From an uncultured Chloroflexia bacterium (lineage in GTDB: Bacteria > Chloroflexota > Anaerolineae > Anaerolineales > RBG-16-64-43), in contig CAWADT010000013.1 in assembly GCA_963780865.1 (NCBI GenBank), forward strand, positions 246,491-310,490: a DNA stretch of 64,000 bases, given 5' to 3'. Shown here piece by piece: positions 31,850 through 41,297 of the stretch; position 1 is the first letter of the stretch; the number at the start of each line of letters is the position of its first letter. Under the pieces are notes generated by a model. That model had not been told where the DNA came from. It did not search any database and saw only the letters and a program-made list of their open reading frames with translations. The translations under genes and the position numbers were made by a program.

Positions 31850-31922
31850 CGCCCCCGGAGGGACTCGAACCCCCAACCTACTGATTCGAAGTCAGCCGCT
31901 CTATCCTTTGAGCTACGGGGGC
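31850..31922 (-). tRNA. tRNA-Arg (anticodon TCG)
   Basis: GCCCCCG acceptor stem, anticodon arm CTGA-CTTCGAA-TCAG, T-loop TTCGAGT. Confidence 0.95.
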
Positions 31923-31990
31923 CAGGCAATAGCGTGGATTGTCGGGCGATGGGCTGCTAGATCACAATCCAATTCCCCAGCAATGGGAAA

Positions 31991-32018
31991 ATTATAACCC
32001 TCAAGGGAGGTAAGTCAA
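31991..32018 (-). promoter_or_regulatory. Sigma70-type promoter for tRNA-Arg with AT-rich upstream region
   Basis: TTGACT-16 nt-TATAAT on the minus strand. Confidence 0.6.
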
Positions 32019-32095
32019 TTATCACTATGGCAAAAATCAAATCTAATATAAGTATCAGATAATTAGGGCCCTAATTGTTTAATATTCTTCTGCCA

Positions 32096-32198
32096 TTATC
32101 CCGCTATCGCGGAATGATAAATCCTCCGCCGTTTGCGGCGCGAGAACTTGGGAGTTACGTTTTGGGATACCGTGCGGCAAGCAGAGCAATGGATCATT
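32096..32198. repeat. Dispersed palindromic element, copy B
   Basis: TTATCCCGCTATCGCGGAATGA ... GGGAGTTACG ... GGGATACCG ... TCATT; colinear with the copy at 36087. Confidence 0.7.
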
Positions 32199-33291
32199 TG
32201 GAGATTGTGAAATAGGTATAGTGATATTGAACCTTTCCATCGCGTAACCCCAGAGTGTCGTTTCCATCTCGGATCGAACCCGCAGGGCTCGCCGCCGTCC
32301 ATGAAAAGTGCCTGGAATTACCACTGCCGCTGTAGCCGGTCACCTGGAATACCGCTCCGGGCAGGCGGTTGGTGAATAAATCCTTATACCAGGCGATGAT
32401 CGCATTGGCGCCGACGATAGTGCTCGCACTGGTGACATGAGCTGCGTTATCCTGGTACATGGCGATGATCCGGTAGGGATCGTGGGTGTTCCAAGTGGTT
32501 GGCAGCCTCAGGACGATATCGGCGCTCGGCGCGGCAGGCCACGGGAAATTGGCCACCGCGTTCCACAAATCCAGATAACTTGGCTGAGTGGCATAGTCCC
32601 AGGAAAAGAAACTGGCCCCGGTCATGTTCAACTCCAGGGCTTTTTGCATGAACGCAGTTAGTTCAGAAGCGGCCGGCCGCCACCCGGCGTCGGAATAGGC
32701 GGGGCCGATCGGGATGATCGGCCGGCGCGGGGAGATTTGCTGATATTCGTCGGAGCACATTTGCAGCTGGTCCGGGCCGTTGTGCGATTGCTCCCAATAG
32801 ACTTGGGGAAAATTGTAGTCGCAGGATTCCAGAAAAACGCTCCAGGGAAACGCCGTATGGTAGGCGGGGAACCGGTAAGAAGATAAGGCAATCGGCAAGC
32901 CTCCCAAGCCGGCGCGCAGTTGCGTGCAGAACGTTTTGGCCACGGCAGCCCGCCCGGAATATTGGTATTCCGCTTCCGCATCGATCACATAGCCATCCAA
33001 CTGCAAGGCGGTTGTCCTTTGAACGGCGACGCGCGCCTCGGCGATCGGGTCGTATCCATACACGTAATGCCAGCCCCACGCCTGAATCCCCTTGGAGTGC
33101 AACGCCGCAACGACCGGCGGGATTAAATCCCGGCCGTTCTTGTCGATATTAAAAGCGTTTCCCGCGTCGGCGATTTTGATCAGCACATGGGTTAACCCGG
33201 CCGAAGCGGCCCGTGCCGCAATCAGCGTCGGGTCGCCTTTTTCACAATTTGGAATTTGCCAAATGAAGAAGCCTTTGCCGCTCAGTGCCAT
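32194..33291 (-). CDS. Putative glycoside-hydrolase-like TIM-barrel protein with C-terminal NTF2/SnoaL-like domain
   Basis: GAGGAGGAG RBS; 'YVIDAEAEY' DxE motif, 'PQVYW'; C-terminal 'IIAMYQDNA...IVGANAIIAWY...DGKVQYHY'. Confidence 0.65.
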   Translation of the reverse strand: MALSGKGFFIWQIPNCEKGDPTLIAARAASAGLTHVLIKIADAGNAFNIDKNGRDLIPPVVAALHSKGIQAWGWHYVYGYDPIAEARVAVQRTTALQLDGYVIDAEAEYQYSGRAAVAKTFCTQLRAGLGGLPIALSSYRFPAYHTAFPWSVFLESCDYNFPQVYWEQSHNGPDQLQMCSDEYQQISPRRPIIPIGPAYSDAGWRPAASELTAFMQKALELNMTGASFFSWDYATQPSYLDLWNAVANFPWPAAPSADIVLRLPTTWNTHDPYRIIAMYQDNAAHVTSASTIVGANAIIAWYKDLFTNRLPGAVFQVTGYSGSGNSRHFSWTAASPAGSIRDGNDTLGLRDGKVQYHYTYFTISK

Positions 33292-33437
33292 CCACTCCTC
33301 CTCGGGCAGGCAAGGAATGATCCCGCGATCCATCTGTGCCGCCGGAACAACAATCGCGACATTCCCCAAAGGGTACAGACGTGCAAGGAGAATGCCAGCG
33401 GCCACCGCGCGGTATACTTTATGGGTATTTTTCTTCT

Positions 33438-35597
33438 ATGGATAAAGAAAGTTTCTTCCAAGCGCTCGCCTATCTTTCACCCGAGGACCGGGAAATCATC
33501 GAACGGGCCTACCAGATGGCGTCGCGCGCCCACGAAGGGCAGAAACGCGCCTCCGGGGAACCGTATATCCAACATTGCCTGTCCGTCGCCAAGATCTTGG
33601 CCGATATGCAATTGCCGGGCGCGGCTATTGCCGCCGGTTTGCTGCACGACACAGTCGAAGATACCCCGGTCACGCTCGAGATGATCCGCGCCGAATTCGG
33701 GGAAGACGTGGCCAAGCTGGTCGACGGGGTCACCAAACTCACCCAGTTGCCGCGGGTCTCCCGCGACGACGGAAGAACCCCTCCGCAGGACGAGGCGGCG
33801 CGCCGCAGCGCCCTGGATGCGGAAACCCTGCGGAAGATTTTCTTTTCCATGGGCGACGACGTGCGGGTGGTGGTGATCAAGCTGGCCGACCGCCTGCATA
33901 ATATGCGCACGCTCAATCACCTCCCGGCCGAACGCAGAAAAGCGATCGCCCAGGAGACGCTGGAACTCTTCGCCCCGCTGGCCAACCGGCTCGGCATCTG
34001 GCAGATGAAATGGGAACTCGAGGATCTCTCGTTCCTGTATGTGAACCCGGCAAAATACAAAGAGATCGCGGCCAAAGTGGAAGAACGCAGCACCGACCGC
34101 GAAGCCATGATGCAATCCATCGTCGAGAACCTTCGGGCGGAGCTTGCCAAAGCCGGCCTGAAGGTGGAAGTGACCGGCCGGCCGAAACACATTTATTCGA
34201 TCTACCGCAAAATGACGCGCAAGGGCGTGCCGTTCGAATCGGTGCACGACGTCCGCGCCGTCCGCGTCATCGTGGACGACGTCTCCAGTTGTTACGTTGC
34301 GCTGGGCGTGATCCACAATCACTGGGTTCCCCTGCCGGGCGAGTTCGACGATTACATTGCCTCGCCCAAAGACAATTTCTACCAATCCCTGCATACCGCC
34401 GTCGTCTACGACGACGGAAAAACGCTCGAAGTCCAGATCCGCACGCTGGAGATGCACCGCAACGCGGAACTGGGAATCGCCGCGCACTGGCGCTATAAGG
34501 AAGAGGGCTCCAAGCGAGACGAATCCTTCGAACGGCGGGTGCTCTATCTGCGCAGCCTGATGGACTGGCGCCAGGAGGTGGACGACGCGGGAGAATTCCT
34601 CGACGGGCTGAAGACCGACGTCTTCGAAGAGCGCGTGTACGCCTTCACCCCCAAAGGCGATGTGATCGATTTGCCCGCCGGCTCGACCCCGATCGATTTC
34701 GCCTACCATGTCCATACCGAAATCGGACACCACTGTAGAGGCGCCCGGGTAAACGGAAAACTCGTGGCCCTCGATTACCCGTTGCATACGGGCGATCAGG
34801 TGGAAGTGATTACCACCCGGAGCGGCGGTCCAAGCCGGGATTGGTTGAATCCCCACCTGGGATTAGTTAAATCCCAACGCGCGATCAGCAAAATCCGGTT
34901 CTGGTTCAAGCGCCAGGACGTGGAGCAGAAAGTTTCCATCGGCCGCGACGTCGTGGACCGCGAGCTCCACCGGCTTGGCATGGAAGGCATTACGCTCGAA
35001 AGTCTTGCCAAGCAAGCCGGTTTTCCAACGGTCAGCGATTTCCTCGCCGCCGTGGGTTCGGGGGATGTCTCCCCGGCGAGAATCTTCTCCAAAATTTTGG
35101 AGCCTGAGCAAACCGGCCTGGAGATGGCGCCCACGACCGCGGGCGCGGCTTCCCCCACCACGGGCGAGATCAACGTAACTGGCCTGCGCGGGATGCTGAC
35201 CAACCTGGCGCGTTGCTGCAAACCCGTCCCGGGGGATCCGATCGTCGGATACATCACGCGCGGCCACGGCGCCAGCATTCATCGCACCGATTGCCCCAAC
35301 ATCCTCCGCATCCCCGATAAAGAGCGCCTAGTACGGGTGTCCTGGGGCAGGGTCGTCCGGACGTATGCCGTCGAGGTGCGAATCACCGCCTACGACCGGG
35401 AAGGCCTGCTGCGGGACGTCTCCTCGCTGGTGACGGAGGACCACATAAACCTCCGTCAAGTGAGCGTAAACACGAAATCCCATCAGGCGACGATCGACAT
35501 GATCATGGAGGTGACCGATTTAGCCCAGCTGAGCCGGGTGCTCAACCGGATCGAGGCGCTTCCAAACGTTCTAGACGCCAAACGGGTGCGTTCTTAG
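33438..35597 (+). CDS. relA: Bifunctional (p)ppGpp synthetase/hydrolase (long RSH)
   Basis: HD 'LHDTVED', 'KLADRLHNMRT', 'YQSLHT', 'EVQIRT', TGS, ZFD 'CCKPVPGD' and ACT domains. Confidence 0.96.
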   Translation: MDKESFFQALAYLSPEDREIIERAYQMASRAHEGQKRASGEPYIQHCLSVAKILADMQLPGAAIAAGLLHDTVEDTPVTLEMIRAEFGEDVAKLVDGVTKLTQLPRVSRDDGRTPPQDEAARRSALDAETLRKIFFSMGDDVRVVVIKLADRLHNMRTLNHLPAERRKAIAQETLELFAPLANRLGIWQMKWELEDLSFLYVNPAKYKEIAAKVEERSTDREAMMQSIVENLRAELAKAGLKVEVTGRPKHIYSIYRKMTRKGVPFESVHDVRAVRVIVDDVSSCYVALGVIHNHWVPLPGEFDDYIASPKDNFYQSLHTAVVYDDGKTLEVQIRTLEMHRNAELGIAAHWRYKEEGSKRDESFERRVLYLRSLMDWRQEVDDAGEFLDGLKTDVFEERVYAFTPKGDVIDLPAGSTPIDFAYHVHTEIGHHCRGARVNGKLVALDYPLHTGDQVEVITTRSGGPSRDWLNPHLGLVKSQRAISKIRFWFKRQDVEQKVSIGRDVVDRELHRLGMEGITLESLAKQAGFPTVSDFLAAVGSGDVSPARIFSKILEPEQTGLEMAPTTAGAASPTTGEINVTGLRGMLTNLARCCKPVPGDPIVGYITRGHGASIHRTDCPNILRIPDKERLVRVSWGRVVRTYAVEVRITAYDREGLLRDVSSLVTEDHINLRQVSVNTKSHQATIDMIMEVTDLAQLSRVLNRIEALPNVLDAKRVRS

Positions 35598-35750
35598 GAC
35601 ACTTTTTAACCCCGATTTTTCGGGAATCACTTGACCGGATGAATTTTCTGCCGTAGAGTAAAAACAATCTGCGCAGGGAAGTAGGGAGCTGCGGCCATCG
35701 GCTTCCGGTTGGATGCGTTATACTTTGCAGGCATTTTCGCAGGAGGTTTC

Positions 35751-35990
35751 ATGCCCAGGATTCGTTGCCGGTACATGGACTGCATTTTCCTGGAGGAAAA
35801 TTTTTGCGGCGCGGCAGCCATTGAGCTCGATCCGGACGCCGGATGCCTGACCTATTCCCAATCCGAGGAAGCGGCCACCGAGGAGGAATGGGAGGAAGAA
35901 GATTTCGACGAAGAATGGGAGAGCGAAGAAGAAGGATTCGAAGTCGAAGATGAGGAAGAAGAGGAGACTGTCGACGAAGAGGATCAGTAG
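35751..35990 (+). CDS. Small protein with four Cys and a highly acidic tail
   Basis: AGGAGG RBS, promoter TTGACC-17-TAGAGT at 35631-35659, downstream terminator; MPRIRCRYMDC...C...C then E/D-rich. Confidence 0.8.
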   Translation: MPRIRCRYMDCIFLEENFCGAAAIELDPDAGCLTYSQSEEAATEEEWEEEDFDEEWESEEEGFEVEDEEEEETVDEEDQ

Positions 35991-36056
35991 GGTTGCGTTG
36001 GACCGCCCGACGGTTCGAAGGGTCAGGGCGCGGGCGGGCGGATGAGAGGAAAAACA

Positions 36057-36084
36057 AACGGGCGAGGAAAATTCCTCGCCCGTT
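36057..36084. terminator. Hairpin, probable terminator
   Basis: AACGGGCGAGGAA-aa-TTCCTCGCCCGTT. Confidence 0.7.
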
Positions 36085-36086
36085 GA

Positions 36087-36186
36087 TTATCCCGCTATCG
36101 CGGGATGAAGAACTCCCCGGCGCCCGCGGTGCGAAATAGCAAGGGTTGCACTCCGGGATATCGCGCCAACAATGGAATAGTTCATT
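36087..36186. repeat. Dispersed palindromic element, copy C
   Basis: TTATCCCGCTATCGCGGGATGA ... GGGTTGCACTCCGGGATATCGCG ... TAGTTCATT. Confidence 0.72.
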
Positions 36187-36916
36187 TGCGGGGGGCGGTT
36201 TGCAGCGTGCGGTTGAGGATTTCTTCCTGCTGGCGGCGACGGATCTCCGCTTTGGAACGGTCCTGCCGGGCTTGGTTGGCCGCGGTCTGATCCGAGCCGG
36301 ATTGGGCCTTGAGGAAGGCCGCCTCCATGGCGGTGATGGGTTTGGTCTCCGGTTCCTCCGGAGCTTCTTCTTCAACTACCTTAGGCTGCGGTTTGGCCTC
36401 CAGGGCTTTCCGGCTTAAGTGAACCTGTCTCTTCTTGCGGTCCACTTCCAGAATAACCGCATCAACTTCGTCCCCGACCTTCACAACCGTCGAGATATCC
36501 TTGACATACTCGTTGGATAATTCGCTGATGTGGATTAGCCCGGGGCGTTCGGCGCCAAAGTCCACAAACACACCGAATTTCTCGATCCGCGTAATCTTGC
36601 CGTGGATGTTCATCCCCGGACGGAGTTCGTTCCAGTCATGCGCAATGGGCTCGATCATCGTCAACTGTAATTCGCCTTTTTGCGAATCCACTTTGCGAAC
36701 CCACACCGTGATCTCCTGGCCCGGTTGCAGAACGTCCTGAACCCGGTTGACGCCTTCTTTTCCCAGAGCGGAAATGTGCAACAAGCCTTCCCGCTCGGCG
36801 CCGACATCCACCATCGCGCCGGAGAGTCCAAGCCGCGTCACCTTTCCGGTGAGCGCCATTTTTGGTTTGAGCGCCGTCAGCATAATCTTGCCGGCCGCTG
36901 CGGGTTGTTCGGTCAT
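36182..36916 (-). CDS. Protein with two S1 RNA-binding domains
   Basis: 'GAMVDVG..EGLLHISAL', 'FGVFVDFG..PGLIHISELS'; GGAGG RBS before ATG 36916. Confidence 0.9.
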   Translation of the reverse strand: MTEQPAAAGKIMLTALKPKMALTGKVTRLGLSGAMVDVGAEREGLLHISALGKEGVNRVQDVLQPGQEITVWVRKVDSQKGELQLTMIEPIAHDWNELRPGMNIHGKITRIEKFGVFVDFGAERPGLIHISELSNEYVKDISTVVKVGDEVDAVILEVDRKKRQVHLSRKALEAKPQPKVVEEEAPEEPETKPITAMEAAFLKAQSGSDQTAANQARQDRSKAEIRRRQQEEILNRTLQTAPRK

Positions 36917-36978
36917 ACGTCGCCTCCGATCAGACGGACCATCGGATTTCTCGGTTTCCTTTTTCAGGCTGCCGATCG

Positions 36979-37112
36979 TTTTCGAGCGATTGGGATGGGC
37001 GGGGCGAACACCAAGCAAATCGAGGAAAGCCCGGTACCGGCCAATCATAAACGGGGGCCGGAGCTCCGGTTTTCACCCCGTAAGCCCGACCCCGTCAGGT
37101 CCGCTCCAAATC
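36979..37112 (-). ncRNA. Candidate structured RNA (long irregular hairpin) in the leader of the S1-domain gene
   Basis: Begins right after promoter TTGCGA-17-TATAAT (37147-37119); nested pairings TTTGGAGCGG/TCGCTCGAAA, CGGGGTCGGGC/GTTCGCCCCG, CCGGCC/GGCCGG. Confidence 0.45.
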
Positions 37113-37173
37113 GGCGGCATTATACCCGCCCGGAGTGGATTTCGCAAGAGATGCGCGGGGAAGGTTCCGTTCT

Positions 37174-38299
37174 CTACCCCTTTGCGGACAGGCGAACTTC
37201 AATTACCGAAAGCATGGATTGGAAAGCGCGCTGAAAGGAACTCGATGCCTTCTTTTTCAAGCTGGTCGGTAACTTGCTCCAGAGATATCCCAAATTTTGC
37301 CAACCGCTCAGGAAGTTCGCTCGCTTGCTCCAGGTCGTCCCCGATCCGTATAGCCGGATTCCCATGCTCGCGGTAAGCCTTAATCGTGGCTGGAGGCATG
37401 GTATTTACCGTTTCCGGCGCGATCAGGGCTTCGACATAGTAAGTATCGGGATAGGCAGGGTCCTTTGTGCTTGTGGAAGCCCACAGCGGGCGCTGGAGCC
37501 TCGCCCCGAGCGCTGAGAGCTTCAACCACCTTTGGCTGCCGCGAAACGCCAGAAACTCCAGGTAGGCCAGGCGGGTATTGGCGATCGCCGCTTTCCCCCG
37601 GATTGCCTGGAGTTCGGCTGAGCTTGCGGCGGCACTCCCCGCCATCTGATCCAGTTTCCGGTCAATGAGCGTGTCCAGTCGAGAGACAAAAAACGAGGCG
37701 ACGGAGGTAACGGTATCCAACGGCATTCCCCGCGATACACGATCCTCCAATCCTTCGGCGTAGGCCTCCATCACTTTTCGGTACCGATCCACCGAGAACA
37801 ACAGCGTTACATTTACGCAGATTCCGTCTGCGATCGCCCGGCGGACGGCGCCCAGGCCATCGAGCGTCCCCGGAATTTTAATCATCACGTTTGGACGGCC
37901 AACCGCGCGGTGCAACCGGCCGGCTTCCTTCCACGTGGCGTCCGGGTTCTGTGCAAGGGCGGGGGACACCTCGAGGGAGATGTAACCATCCGCGCCGCGG
38001 CTCTCTTCGTACACCGGCAGGAAAACGTCCGCCGCGGCCCGGATATCCTCCAGCGCGAGCTGTTCATACGCTTGCTCGGCGGACAACCGGCTTTCAGAAA
38101 GGGTCCGGAGCGAGGAATGGTATTCGTCCGTATGGGCGATCGCGTTTTCAAAAATCGTCGGGTTGGACGTTACGCCGCGGAGTTCGCCGTCCCGCACCAT
38201 GCGCGCGAGGTCCCCGGATACCAGCAGCCCCCTGCGAATGTTGTCGTACCAGACCGATTGCCCCATCCGGTTGAGTCTGACCAGTGGATTTTGATTCAC
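37174..38299 (-). CDS. tal: Transaldolase; extra base at ~37240 shifts the last ~22 codons (374 aa if corrected)
   Basis: 'GVTSNPTIF', 'SLEVSP', 'MIKIP', 'LWASTSTKDP'; the alternative frame gives a typical end 'EGIESFQRAFQSMLSVIE'. Confidence 0.93.
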
Positions 38300-38760
38300 C
38301 GGTCGTCTCTTCCCAGGCAGGCATCTTCGAGGAGGTGGATTTTTTTTACCCTCCGCACGTGCCGTTCTTCGCCGGAAAAAGTGGCCTGTAGAAAGGCTCG
38401 CACCAGTTCACGGGCGAGGGCGGGCCCAACCACGCGCGCCCCCAGGCAGAGCACGTTCATGTCGTCGTGTTCCACGCCCTGGTGCGCCGAATACGTGTCG
38501 TGGCACAACCCGGCGTAGATCCCCCGGATTTTATTGGCTGCGATTCCGGCTCCAACCCCGGAGCCGCAAATGAAGACGCCGCGCCGGGCGCGTTGGGAGA
38601 CAATTTCGTTTCCAAGCTTTTCCATATAATCCGGATAATCGACGGGTTCGGTGTCGAAAGAACCGACATCGATCACTTTGTGTCCATCCGCGATGATTTC
38701 ATCCTGCACGGCCTGCTTTAGCAGGAAGCCGGCGTGATCGCATCCCAATGCGACGTTCAT
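38296..38760 (-). CDS. rpiB: Ribose 5-phosphate isomerase B
   Basis: 'GCDHAG', 'DYPD', 'ICGSGVG', 'RHVRRV'. Confidence 0.93.
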   Translation of the reverse strand: MNVALGCDHAGFLLKQAVQDEIIADGHKVIDVGSFDTEPVDYPDYMEKLGNEIVSQRARRGVFICGSGVGAGIAANKIRGIYAGLCHDTYSAHQGVEHDDMNVLCLGARVVGPALARELVRAFLQATFSGEERHVRRVKKIHLLEDACLGRDDR

Positions 38761-38868
38761 TTTGTTAACTCCCGGGGCTTGTCGTCCCACCGCAGATTAC
38801 GGAGAAGGAACGAGAAATTATTTCCGGTTCATTTTACCATGCGAGGCTTCCGGATTATTTTGGCCGTT

Positions 38869-40918
38869 TTATGTTGATCTTGGCGCGGGAACGCCCCACA
38901 TGCGCGCGGTTCCATCCGAACCGGCGGAAAGGAGCCACCGGCCGTCGGGGGAAAATGCCAATCCGTTCACCCATCCGTTGTGCGCCTGCAGGACCCGCAG
39001 CAATTTCCCTGTGCGCAGCGACCAGAACCGAATCGATCCTGCGATGCCTCCCGCCGCCAGAATCGACCCGTCCGGCGAAAGCGAGATCGCAAAAATCGAT
39101 CCGGAATACCCGGCGAACCGGTGCAGCACGCTTTGATCAGCGGCGTTCCAAATTTGCACGTCCCCTTGATCGTCCCCGGCCGCCAGAGAAGTTCCGGAGG
39201 AAGCCAGAACTCCAAATGGATGGATTTCCTTTGGAAGCCAGTTCCATCAGGGAGTCGTCCGCCAGATTCCAGAGCAACACCGATCCGTCTTCCAGCCCGG
39301 CCGCCAGAAAAGGGCTCGGTGATTTTGGAACCTGGATAAAGGCGAGGCTCGTCGGAGAAGATGGCGCAACCAAGGTTCGGCTTTTTCCGGACGATACATC
39401 CAAAAGGATTACCGGGCTGCCGCCCGCGGCGATCAGCGCGCCGTCGGGAGAGAACGCGACCGTCCGCAGCGCGGGGATGCGTTGTTCGGTCCGCAGAGCC
39501 AGCGTGTTCAAGTCGTATACCCGGAGCAGGCCCGGAACGCCGTCGATGGCGGCGAGCAGACCCCCTTTTGGCGAGAAGACGGCGGACATCGCCGCTTTGC
39601 TGGAAGGCCGGACAGTGCCGAGGACAAGGGATCTTCCCTGGCGAAGATTCCACAAATAAATCAGGCCGTTTTCATCGGCGAGCGCCGCCGTGCCGCCATC
39701 CGGATAGAAGGAGGCGGAACGCACGCCGCCGAAAAATTCCGGGAAGGAATTTTCTTCTTCCAGGGTTCCCGAATTTAGCAGCAGCGCCCGTTCCCCGATC
39801 GAAACCGCCGCCAGGTGCCTGCCATCCGGGGAAAACTGCAACGAATCGATTTTCGTAAATGTAACCTCTTTTTCCCGCTGCAGCGTGCCCGTTTCCGCCT
39901 CCCAAATTTTTACGGTGCCGTCGCCCGCTCCGGTGACCAGTTCCGTTCCGTCGTTTGACCACACCACGCTCCAGGCGCCGTAGGTGTTCCCCTGAAGCAG
40001 TTGCAGCGGTTCACCCGTCGAATAATTCCAGATCTGGACCGTTCCGTCGCCGCAAGCGGAGGCCAGCCGCGTGCCGTCCGGTGAAAAAGCGATGTTGAAC
40101 AATAAACCATGTTGCGTTTGCAGGCGCGGGAGTTCCTCCCCCGTGGAAAGGTCCCAACGGGAAAGGTAGCCCTGGTCACCGCCCGTTACGAGCACCGTAT
40201 TATCCGGCGAGAAAACCAAACTTCGGACTCCGTAACCCCAATAACCCAGAAGCGGGTTGAGAAACTTGTTGCGGGCCATCCCGGTATTCAGATCCCAGAC
40301 GACGACCGAACCATCTTCCGCACCGGAAGCCAGCCAGGCCGAAGCCCCGCCGGCCAATTGCGGGTGCGAGAACGCCAACCCGTGGACCGGGCGGGTGTGG
40401 ACAATCATCGTCAGGCTGACTGCCCCCGTTTTTGCGTCCAGGACCAGGACCCGGCCATCCTGCCGGCCGGCGGCGATCCATCTGCCGTCCGGAGAGAATT
40501 GGATTGCCAGGATCGGGGAGTCGGATTCAAACAAAGTGTCGAACACGCCCGTGCTGGTTTTCAGAATTTCTATCCCGAGCGACGTGCCCAGCGCCAGCTG
40601 GGTGCCGTCCGGGGAGTAAGCGACGGCGGCCGGCCAGCCCCGGCCGAAATGAGCGAGTAGGGTAATATTCGCCACAGTGGATTCAGAAATCACATCTCGG
40701 CCGGAAGCAACGACCGGCGCGGGGAGGGCGGTCGTTCCCGGCAAGCCGGCCGGCGTGAAGGGAGTGATCACCGGAGTTTTTGCCACCGTGCCGGAAGAAC
40801 CGGAATGAGCGACGATGATCACCGCCGCGAGGATTCCAATTCCGGCCAGAGGGAGGGCTACCGCGAGAATGGTTTTTTTTCGAAACAGGAAATGACCCAT
40901 TGGAATCCTATCGTCCAA
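38869..40918 (-). CDS. Membrane-anchored WD40 repeat protein; extra base at ~39209 splits it into two ORFs (682 aa if corrected)
   Basis: Many 'FSPDG..LAS...DG.V.IW' repeats; removing one base joins 'SIWS' to 'LASSGTSLAAGDDQGDVQIW'. Confidence 0.88.
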
Positions 40919-40922
40919 GCTA

Positions 40923-41162
40923 TCAATCGTTTTTTCCGGACCGGTCGACGATCCATTGGAGCAGCCGTAGGAAGAGGAGGATCAACCCCACCGGGATCAG
41001 CGCCCCCAGAAAGATAGCCGCCCCGCAACCTGCCGCGGGCGTTCCATAGGTCAGAATGATGAGGAGGATGCCCACCAGCCCAATCAGCGCTAGTCCCATC
41101 CAAACGAGACGATTTTTGGTCTGCGCCGCATATTTTCGAAGATCGATCGGATTCTTCGACAC
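40923..41162 (-). CDS. Small two-TM membrane protein
   Basis: Two hydrophobic helices; 4-bp gap to the WD40 gene; AGGAA RBS. Confidence 0.7.
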   Translation of the reverse strand: MSKNPIDLRKYAAQTKNRLVWMGLALIGLVGILLIILTYGTPAAGCGAAIFLGALIPVGLILLFLRLLQWIVDRSGKND

Positions 41163-41212
41163 CTAAATTCCTGCTTTCCGGAAAATTGTATCACTCAGGG
41201 GCTCGGGGACAC

Positions 41213-41241
41213 TTGACGCTCGGATAACCAATGACTATGAT
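41213..41241 (+). promoter_or_regulatory. Sigma70-type promoter
   Basis: TTGACG-17 nt-TATGAT. Confidence 0.6.
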
Positions 41242-41297
41242 ACATGGGCTGTGGGTTGGCTCCGGTTAATAGATTTTCCCCCTATCGGAGGGCTTTT

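Noticed and set aside
31780-31929. N-terminal extensions of ORFs 30715..31929 and 61187..62746, and ORFs over 9504-10089
   Set aside because: They run through tRNA or tmRNA genes; downstream starts with RBS fit better.
33477-34856. Long antisense or alternate-frame ORFs (e.g. 33477..34856, 53386..54573, 23986..24966, 49109..50074)
   Set aside because: These are shadow ORFs expected in GC-rich coding DNA opposite well-supported genes, with no motifs.
37020-37110. SRP RNA (GTCAGGTCCG) or RNase P RNA (GAGGAAAGCCCGG) on the plus strand
   Set aside because: The SRP GGAA tetraloop/AGCAG partner strand is missing, the region is too short for RNase P RNA and lacks its 3' motif, and the promoter faces the minus strand.
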